Shown: piece after piece, positions 54,246-64,000 of the stretch
Numbering within the stretch: position 1 is the first letter of the stretch
Layout: each line of letters begins with the position of its first letter
From: Octopus sinensis
Taxonomy: Eukaryota
Direction of reading: 5' to 3'
Assembly (NCBI RefSeq): GCF_006345805.1
Contig: NC_043013.1
Span: 37,882,001-37,946,000 of the forward strand
Length of the DNA: 64,000 nt
The notes under the pieces: model-generated
Database searches by the model: none
Told to the model about the DNA's origin: nothing
The model's input: the letters and a program-made list of their open reading frames with translations, nothing else
Made by a program: the position numbers and the translations under genes

Positions 54246-55474
54246 CTAAATTCTGTCATTTCAGACTCTTTGCAGCCACTTGATGTCCACTGTTCCCCTT
54301 AAGCAAGTGACTTGGAACAAGTTACATGCTTATTCAAAAATAAACTTTTCTCCAATCATTTAGATAATACTTTTGTAATATGCACGAAACGGTATTACAA
54401 GCTGGGGTTTTTTAAACAAGGGATATTATTCTTTGTACACAGACATTAGGAGCGAATGCTTTCTTCCTTCCTTATAGATATACATGATGCTAACGAAATG
54501 GTAGAAGAGGTATGCGAAATTATATAGAAATCTATTTTTGGAAAGAGGATAGTGCATGCTTAGAAGACAGGATAGGAACAGAGAGTAATGTTGAAACGTA
54601 GTTAAAGCGGAAAGATAAAGGATTAAAAATATTAGAGTGCGTAAGTATATAGAAGAGAAGACATAACAAGGTTATGTCTTGATCCCTATTCCGTGGAGCT
54701 TTCTTATTCCAGTTATTTAGGATGTAGTTATGAAGATGGTGACATTTGGTAATACTATCTGATGTATTTAAGTAACTGTACTGTTATGATTTTCAATTTA
54801 TATATTTTCTCAGTCGTAGATAAACCGCATTGTTTCGTTCCATTTCACTATCAGCTGCAAATTTCAAATATATTTTTCTGAGCATTAACATGAAATAGCA
54901 TATCCATGCAAATTCCAGATGAAATTAGAAAAGTTTATAGTATTTCTGCATTCTACAAGTATTATATCTGAACTATGGTTGTTTTAATTTAGCTTCTACT
55001 ATATCTATGCGTTCATTACACACTACATTAAGTTTTTGTTTTCTCAGGCTAATACAGCTTCATCTATGATATTTTCAGCTGAAGATGAATTATTGCAGGT
55101 GTATATATATATATATATATATCGCCTTTACCTTCGAAACGCGGAGTAGATAAAACAGAGGCAGCTGAAGAAGGGGAATGTTCCTTGTATTGTATGTACT
55201 CTATTTTTTCGTTGTTTAAGAAAAACGTCCATTTCCTTGGCTTTGTGTTTATGTTTTCGTTTCTCATTGTGTTCGACGTTTTTTTTTGGGGTGGGGTCCT
55301 GTACCCATATATGCATGTATATATATATATATAGAGAGAGAGAGAGATATAGATGTAAGTACGTACATATATGTATGTATGCATATATTTTATTTATTAT
55401 TTTGTTATTATATGATAGAACGCACGCATTCACTTCTAAGTAAGTTTTATCTTAATACATACATACATACAGAT

Positions 55475-55505
<31 letters not shown>

Positions 55506-55691
55506 GATATATATATATATTATATATATATATATATAAGTGTGTGTGTGTATAGTCTGCGACTTAGTTTAGTTTAAGCGTATTTCTATTTAGTAGCTTT
55601 TCGTTATCAAGGTTTAATAGACCATTACATATCTATTACGTCTACGGAAACTCAAAGAAGCCAGTCGTGTGGGTATGTGTATATACTATAT

Positions 55692-55731
<40 letters not shown>

Positions 55732-56331
55732 CGCGTGTGTGTGTCACTGGAATGACTGAGGGCACCAGTCAGCACCAGTTTTGCTAGAAATAAGAGTTAA
55801 AACAAGTCATACCCACAAGAAGCCCTTATCTTAACGCCTGAGAAGAGCAGCAAGCTACCTAAGCTTCTCGGATTAGTCAGGTCACTGTGATTTCGCATCT
55901 ATATTAATGCTCATCAGTGGCTCTTACTTAGCGCCTTTGGTTAAACTCAACTCGCCTTGTCAGTTTATAAAATTATCGTAGAAATAATATGCTGATTTCT
56001 TAAACGGCAAAAGTGAAAATTATAAATAATAAGAGTGGCTTGTCCGAAATTTTACAATCGAAAGGCAGAAATATATACTTTACTAAAGTGACTGCGGGCA
56101 CTAGTCTGCAACAGTGTTGCTAAAAGTAAGAGTTAAAACAACTCATAGCCACGAAGAACACTTATCTTAATGATTTACAAGGGAGGCAAGCTTCCTCACC
56201 TCCTAAGCATAACCAAATTAAAGTGATTTCACATTTACATTAATGCCTGTTAGTTATTCTCATCAAGCGCCTTGGATTAAACTCAACTCGGCTTGTCAGT
56301 TTACAAGATTATGTATATGTATGTATACATG

Positions 56332-56362
<31 letters not shown>

Positions 56363-56684
56363 ATGCGCGTGTGTATGTGCACGTGTGTGTGTTTGCGCGT
56401 GCGTATGTGTGTGTGTATCTTTGTGTCTGCATTTGTGCCCCAGTACCGCTTGACAACCGGTGTTGGTGTGCTTACCTCCTCGTAACTAAACAGGTAAGGC
56501 CACGAACTATATTTTTATTATTAGATGGCGGATGCTATAATATATATATATATTATATTATATATTATATATATGTATATATATATGTTTATATATATAT
56601 ATATATACTATATATATATATATATATATCTATATATATATATACTATATATATATATATATATATTATATATAGATATATATA

Positions 56685-56736
<52 letters not shown>

Positions 56737-57366
56737 TATATAATATATATATATATATATGATCCTAATCCGGAATCCATTAGTTTCTTCAGGAGACACT
56801 TTAGTATTATCGAAATGTTTTACTACTATTGCGGTCTTGCTATTCTGCTAATATTAATAATCAACTTTTTAAAACTTATGGAGGGATGTGATGAGTTTGT
56901 ATTAATGTATTTAAGATGTTCGTCGTTGAGGTTTCTCTAGTGGTTGCATTTATTTGTAACTAAACTTAGTTTAACATCAAAACAGGCTGTACGTATTTTC
57001 TCGAAAGTTAAGACAGCGACCAGGCACAATGGTTAGAACGTCAGAAAGAATGCTTTGTAATATTTCTTCGATGTGCTAACATTCTATGTTCAAATCCCGC
57101 CGTGTATGGCCGATTTTTTTTATCTCTTCCGGTATAGATAATCTATGTACTACTCAATTATCGAGGCGATGTAATCAACTTACCACTCTCCTCAAAACTG
57201 TTAACTTCGTACCAAAATTACCAAGAATACTTACTCGAAAGTAGCTATCTTTTACTTTTTTTAAATCTTTTTCTAAATGCATATAAAACGTGTTCGGAAG
57301 TCAATAACAATCAGTGATTTATTTTAAGTCTATTGTGGTAAATTTCATATGTAATACACGCACACA

Positions 57367-57461
<95 letters not shown>

Positions 57462-57867
57462 GAGAGAGAGATATATATAGATATATATATACACATATAT
57501 ATAATACGCGATTTATCGGCACAAGCAATTTACTTTATAACTTTACAATCGCTGCTCTTTTAACCTCTTATCTTTCTACAAAATGCTGGAGATCGACGCC
57601 ACTCTCGTCTTATCGGGTTTAATCCATTAACTGTTATTCCTGAACTCACTGTAGCCATTGTAACTACTTTAATTTCCACATAAGTTCTCGCGCCTATACT
57701 TTTTCTTTCTATGCACTTACATAAAATATGCTTCTATATTCTTCAAGGAAATTTGAAATACAAAAGTGTTAATCGTGATTAATTAGAAATCAGTTCAAAT
57801 AAGTCAACCCGAATAGAACATGTTTATGAAAATACTTTAAAATAACCACAGGCGCGATTGTGAAATG

Positions 57868-58135
57868 AGTCGACCAAAGACTTTTAATTGGATTTCGTAG
57901 ACAGAAACTGAAAGACGTCCGTCGTATGTGAATATGTGTGTGTGTTGTCACCCATTACAACTCGACTATCGGTGTTGGTGTGTTTACGTCCCCGGAACTT
58001 AGCGGTTTTGCCAAATAGGCCAAGAGTGTAAGTACCGGGCTTAAGGAAAATAAGAATTGCGGTCGACAATTTCAGTTAAAATTTTTCAAGGCGGTGACCC
58101 AGCATGGCCGCAGTCTAATGACTGAAACAGGTTAG
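57868..58135 (+). mobile_element. Decayed SINE family A (5' truncated)
   Basis: gaaactgaaagacgtccgtcgta...ggcggtgacccagcatggccgcagtc. Confidence 0.8.
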
Positions 58136-58245
58136 ACTGGAACGACGGGCTACAATACCTGACAAAGGAGGAATTACAATAAGACTAGATTAAAAAAAAA
58201 GAAAATATCACCAGGGCAGCAAAATTTACGTGAAAAGGTATAGAG

Positions 58246-58513
58246 TAGTGCTTCTCAAACTATTTAAAATGGCGTACTGGCAGTTTTTTTTTTCCCAATG
58301 TGCCAGGGACCAGTAATATTTCTTATTAATATTAATTTCCACCGGAAACAATATATATAATGAATATAATAAAAGTTGACAATTTTCTTTATCTTTTATT
58401 TATTTTGTAAACAAATAATACAATATTTCATAAGCGTTATATAAGCATTTTATAATGTTTCTTTCCTTTCTGGAAGCTCGCCGCATACTAGACCATCACT
58501 TTAAGTAGCACTA
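58246..58513. mobile_element. hAT (Charlie-like) MITE
   Basis: TIRs tagtgcttctcaaa / tttaagtagcacta (11/14) and 8-bp TSD gtatagag / gtatagtg. Confidence 0.8.
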
Positions 58514-58826
58514 GTATAGTGGATTTAAAATTGAAAGATAGTAATTGAGAAACAAAATGATTCAGCAGAATCAAATCGATGAAGTACCAGGTTGAATATT
58601 ACGTGCTGAGTTTGATTTATTCGACAAAATTTTTCACGAAGGTACCCCAGTATTGCCACCGTCCAAACAACGTGATGAGTCAACGATAAAAAAGAAATAC
58701 ATTCATATATTGAGATAAATATCTATGTGATTTGAACTCGGAACATAAAGGAAAAGTAGCTTTGATAATACAAAACAAAAAACATTTGGCGCATATTTAT
58801 TTAATCACTTCTCTTCTCTAATCCTT

Positions 58827-59070
58827 GGAGGCGCGTGGCTTAGTCATGTGTTGAACTCATGATCGTAAGGTTGTGGTTTCGATTCCTGGACCGGGTGATA
58901 CATTGTGTTCTTGAGCAAAACACTTCATTTCCTGTTGCTCCAGTGAACTCAGCTGGCAAAAATGAGTAATCCTGCGACGGACCGGTGTCCCGTCCAGGTG
59001 GGGAATTTCTACGCCACTGAAACCGGGAAACCGGCCCTTATGAGCCTGGCATGGCTCGGGAAGGAACATT
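58827..59070 (+). mobile_element. tRNA-derived SINE with a Meta-domain-like core
   Basis: Head tggcttagt...gtttcgattcctgg; core tgtgttcttgagcaaaacact...tgctccagtgaactcagctg..aaaatgagta; cctgcgacggaccggtgtcccgtccagg. Superfamily assigned from recall only. Confidence 0.6.
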
Positions 59071-60123
59071 TATTTCTCTTATCCTTCTGACTCGCCCGCA
59101 CTCTCTTTACTCCCCTCTCTTTACATTCTCTCTGTTCACATGTTTTCCAACCACCATGAGGTCAACGAACGCTTTCTGATGACTTACTTGTATAATACTG
59201 TGTCTGGAATTTCGGGGAAAGAACATACAAAGGATTTCCTGTGACCTTATCTTCGGTGAATTTTTTTCAAACGCACCATATTGTTAATTATAGCCACAAA
59301 ATGCTAAGTTAAAGAGGGAGAAGAAAGAAGAATGAATCCTAGTAATTACCTATTAATTTATTTGTTGACTCTCAAACAATGAAATGCAAATTTGATCCCA
59401 GCATTATTTGAAACACAGCACACAGTGATCTGTTACAAATATTGCAATGTATTCTATCCGACAGGCTATCAGAACTCAGTAGATTGACAGTTTTCTGTTC
59501 AATCTACTTTCATTTTTTTCTACCTGAATGGTATATACTCCACATGATTCGCGGGAGATTTAAACATAATTAAAGTAAAATTTCCAAACCAAAAACCCTT
59601 AGTAGAGTTCACACCGACAAAAAAGAATTTAAAGTAAGTATTCGTGAAATATTGTTGTATTTCAGGATGGTCACGTGTGCTTTTTTGTTTGCTTGTTTTT
59701 TTTTGTTTTTTGGGTTTTTTTTTTTTTTTTGCAAATAAACACACGTACTATATGTTTGTTCTTCACTTGTTTACTATTGCACTTATTTTTGGTCCATTGT
59801 CTGGAAATATTTCGACGCACATATGTGACCTCTTCAGTGATATTCCATTCCACGTGTTTCCTGTTCTGCTTCGTCAATTAGTGGAATGTCAATGAGATAT
59901 TATCACGCGTTACAGTGATTCAGTTTATGGACATTTTCGTAAGAATTTTCTTAAAAATACGCTTTAGCAACGGGTGTCAACACGTTAAGCAGGTATATAC
60001 CTTAACAGCACCAGGGTCAGACGTTTTTATTCATCTCTCTATTAACATTCTAATGCGACTCTCCTACTTTGACCTCTATTGTGATACAACTTCAACTCAA
60101 TGATAATACTTTCTATCTATCTG

Positions 60124-60179
<56 letters not shown>

Positions 60180-60932
60180 TCTCTCACTTTCTCCGCCTGT
60201 CTGTCTGCCTGTCTATCTATCTATCTATCTATCTATCTATCCCTCTAACTAGATATTTATGTCAATATATAAAAACATTTCTCTTCCTTTCTTTTTTATT
60301 TGCTTCACTCTTTGGGCGGCTGGCATACTGGGTTATGGTCATGAAGACTTGTGTCCAACAAATAGAAATTAGCACAACGAGTATATATATATATAACCAG
60401 TTAAGAGAATTGAGAGGAAAGATTCTTATTCCATTTGTTGACAGCCGTTTCGCAGTTTTTGTCTAGTTACATTAGCGGAGCTATATCGACATATATTCAC
60501 TTGCCATGATTTGTTCGATGACTTATTAGTTCCAACATGTTACATCAGAATTACATACATACATACATATATATGTGTGGGTGTGTACGTAGTGTGTGTG
60601 TATATTATCATTAGTATTTATATGTGAGTTGGACGATTTAGCGATGTTGATGTAACAAGACACACATTACGAAACAGCTATTAACAAATGGAATAAATAC
60701 CTTTCGTTCCACTTTTCTTATTTGGTTATTTAACATATCCTCTTCCCCATTGTGATTCTTGGATTCTCTGAACGAATTCCCAAGTTCCAACAATAGATAG
60801 ACAGATAGATGAATAGATAGATAGAGAGAGAGAGAGAAGACAGATAGATAGATGGATGGATACATGCGTACATACATACACACATACAAATATATATACA
60901 TACATACATACATATAAATATATGTATATATA

Positions 60933-60969
<37 letters not shown>

Positions 60970-61008
60970 CTATATATATACATATATATATATATACATA
61001 TACATATA

Positions 61009-61088
<80 letters not shown>

Positions 61089-61089
61089 C

Positions 61090-61146
<57 letters not shown>

Positions 61147-61604
61147 CATGAGTATGTCTAAGTTACCGAAGTGGTGAAGGTATTCGTCAAAGAACTTATA
61201 ATACTGAGTTTGTTTGGGGGGTCATCTGGATTTCCGGTGGCTCATTAGAGTTTCTGGCTCGAATCTTTAATTCGAAATTATTTCAATTGGAGAGAAAAAT
61301 TAGAAAGAGAGACTTAAGGAAGGAAAGAGACAGAGAGGAAATCCAAGAAGAAGGAAAAAGGAATGAACTGTGTGTATGTGTAATGCCCTTTCATGTAAGT
61401 GTTGCATGTATGCGTATATGTGTGTGAATGTATGTATGTACCTGTGGAGAATTCTATAGACAAAGATAAGCATTTTAATGATTATGAGTGATATATTTGT
61501 GTATCTATGTATCTATACATATTTGTTTATTAAATATATGTGTGTATGTGTATGTATGTGTGTATATATATATTCACACATACATATATGTATGTTTATG
61601 CACA

Positions 61605-61642
<38 letters not shown>

Positions 61643-61760
61643 TGCATATATTATATATTATACACACACACACAAACAACATATATATATATATATAATA
61701 TATATATATAAATATAAATATAAAGAGAGAGGGAGAGATGGGAGATAGATAGATATTATC

Positions 61761-61820
<60 letters not shown>

Positions 61821-62459
61821 TAGATATGTTGATTTAGTGCATCCATGTATATGGCTACACTAATATGTGTGTGTGTGTGTGTGTTTGCTTCACTGTATAT
61901 GTATGTCTTTCTTCATATGCATATACATCCGTCTACGTGTCAGTGCGAACATAATTATGCATATATGCACGCATGGAGAAAGATGGAGAAAGAATATTGA
62001 TAGGGATTGATGAAAATATTTATGTCTCCGAGAAAATTAGAAGGAAACACAGCAGGAGAGAGAGAGAGGAGAGCGGAAGAGACCGAGAAACCGAGAAAGA
62101 GGGACAGAGAGACAGAGAGAGAGAGAGAGACAATGATAGATATAAAGAGGGAACAATAGATATATGAAAGACAAGAGTTATTACTGTACTATCCACACAA
62201 TCTGTTGTATTATTTGCATAACAAGATTATACCATATATAATCAGTACGCAATTTATTCTGTAATATTTCCCCTGTCCTCACAGTATCATAATTAGCATT
62301 AAACTACTGATTCTATGATTTTCAATACTTTATACTAATTTCTTTTGGCAAGAAAAGCAGATCACATGCCCTATTGATTGACAGAAAATTCTGAATTATT
62401 TCTAATTTCAGGAAGTTTAATCTAATCCTTTGTTTCAGAGCTTTTACATGTATATATGC

Positions 62460-62467
62460 ATGAACGA

Positions 62468-62500
<33 letters not shown>

Positions 62501-62600
62501 TGTATGTATGTATGTATGTATGTATGTATGTATGTATGTATGTATGTATGTATGTATGTATGTATGTATGTATGTATGTATGTATGTGCATGTATGTATA
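62460..62600. repeat. (TATG)n microsatellite; representative of dozens of (TA)n, (CA)n, (TATG)n, (TATC)n and (GA)n tracts in the window
   Basis: Direct reading. Confidence 0.97.
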
Positions 62601-64000
62601 TATGTATGAATGTATGTATGTAAGATAGAATACATGTGTATGTGTTTATGTAGGTGTTTATGTATGTATGCGTGTATGTATATCGATGAAGGCATGCATA
62701 TATCTCTATCTCAATATAAATGAGTGATTGTGTGTATGTATGTATGTATGAATGTTTGCATGTATGTATGTATGCAAGAATGTATGTGTGCATGTGTGGG
62801 CATGTATGAATGCGTCTTTGTATATATGTGTGTATGTATGTGTGTATGTAGTGTGTATGTATGTGTTATGTATATTTATGAATATCTATATCTCTATATA
62901 AATATGTTTGTTTATGTAAGTATGTATGCGTGCATGTATGCATGTCTGTATGTATATATGTGTATATATGTAGTGTGCAAGTACGCATATATGTATATGA
63001 ATGCTTGCATATATTTATATATCTCTATTTAAATGAGTATGTGCGTGCATATGTGTATACCTGTGTGTATCTATATATATGCATAATTACACACAACTGC
63101 GTATGTACATGCATGTATGCTTTTATTTATGTATGTATGTATGTATGTACGTATCCATGGTGCACTCACACACACACACATAAACACGCAATTATCCAGT
63201 TTAATCTATTTTATTAAGGTTTTATCGTGTCTGTATATCAGACCCTAGTAATTCCTTTAAAGAAACAAATTTCCGAAGTTCACTTTTTTCCAGCTGTCTC
63301 AGCCTCATATTCAGGATATAAATCGGTGCTGGTTTCTTTACTGGCATTACTTGTAGTCTTTAAGTTATAACATCTGCCTAGACAAAATTCTGGTTATAAG
63401 GTCTTCATTAACAGAAGATGCTTATAAATTCTCTTATATATTATGTCGACGGAAAATATTTTGAACCGAGCTTCAAGGAATACAACTCGTTTGAAGAAAA
63501 CTCATTGTGTTCCGATATTATACATATGCGTATCCATATGTGTATCCATATATCCGTACATTTTAGTTAGATAGTGCCTACTTAAGGAATTCGGATGGTC
63601 AATATAGCTCGGTGACTGGTCGAATCATCTTATGATTCGGCTGCAGACAGACGAAATATGTTATAGGAACCAAGCTCTACGTTTAAAAGAGAAATCTATC
63701 TTCTTAAGAGAATGTAGCGGGTGAAAACATGCTCGCCTTGTTGGTCAAGCTATAACAGTAAATCGTGTATAAATATCGTTTTCTTTTTATATAGTCGTAT
63801 AAAATGGTATATATGTCATCTATAACGCTTCTATGTTTGCTTACCAGAAGCTTTGGACGTTGGAAAGAATTAGCGTCCACTCTTGGAATGTCTGTTTCGA
63901 TTTTGGGGTCTAATTTTAAAGTTATTTCAGTTTTACATTTTTTACTTATACAAGTGTAATTATAATTAATCGGAACTCTAAAATTCTGCTGATTGAGTGC

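Noticed and set aside
60700-60775. Possible minus-strand exon ([23 protein letters not shown])
   Set aside because: The putative donor lies inside a repeated motif also present inverted at 60420
124-63217. Most ORFs in the supplied track (poly-YI, HT, CV, I, N and similar)
   Set aside because: They are translations of di-, tri- and tetranucleotide microsatellites or of SINE bodies
63275-63909. Possible minus-strand exons at 63845-63909 (PKIETDIPRVDANSFQRPKLL, CTG/gtaagc) and near 63370 (RCYNLKTTSNASKETSTDLYPEYEAETAGKK*)
   Set aside because: Weak acceptors, phases do not join into one frame, and no family recognised

Overview
AT-rich, microsatellite-saturated eukaryotic DNA, almost all non-coding, with a 100-N gap at 13434-13533. 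The repeat families and simple-repeat spectrum look like an octopus (coleoid cephalopod) genome; this is inference from recognition, not a search. Nearly all ORFs in the supplied track are microsatellite artefacts. Supportable content: many copies of two abundant tRNA-derived SINE families and one Meta-like SINE; decayed mariner and maT transposons; a hAT MITE; a Helitron-type element; Tx1/L1, RTE and Penelope-like (PLE) retroelement relics; and one plausible 171-nt coding exon (30351-30521, +). The main unexplained signal is a set of type I hammerhead ribozyme motifs with self-complementary stem III, the dimer-type design known from PLE terminal repeats. They belong to several unrelated repeat families, cluster at 35.7-39.0 kb around a decayed PLE ORF, and also form the tail of a tRNA-headed SINE present as a head-to-head pair at 29.4-30.3 kb. 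All folds and alignments were done by eye and are untested.
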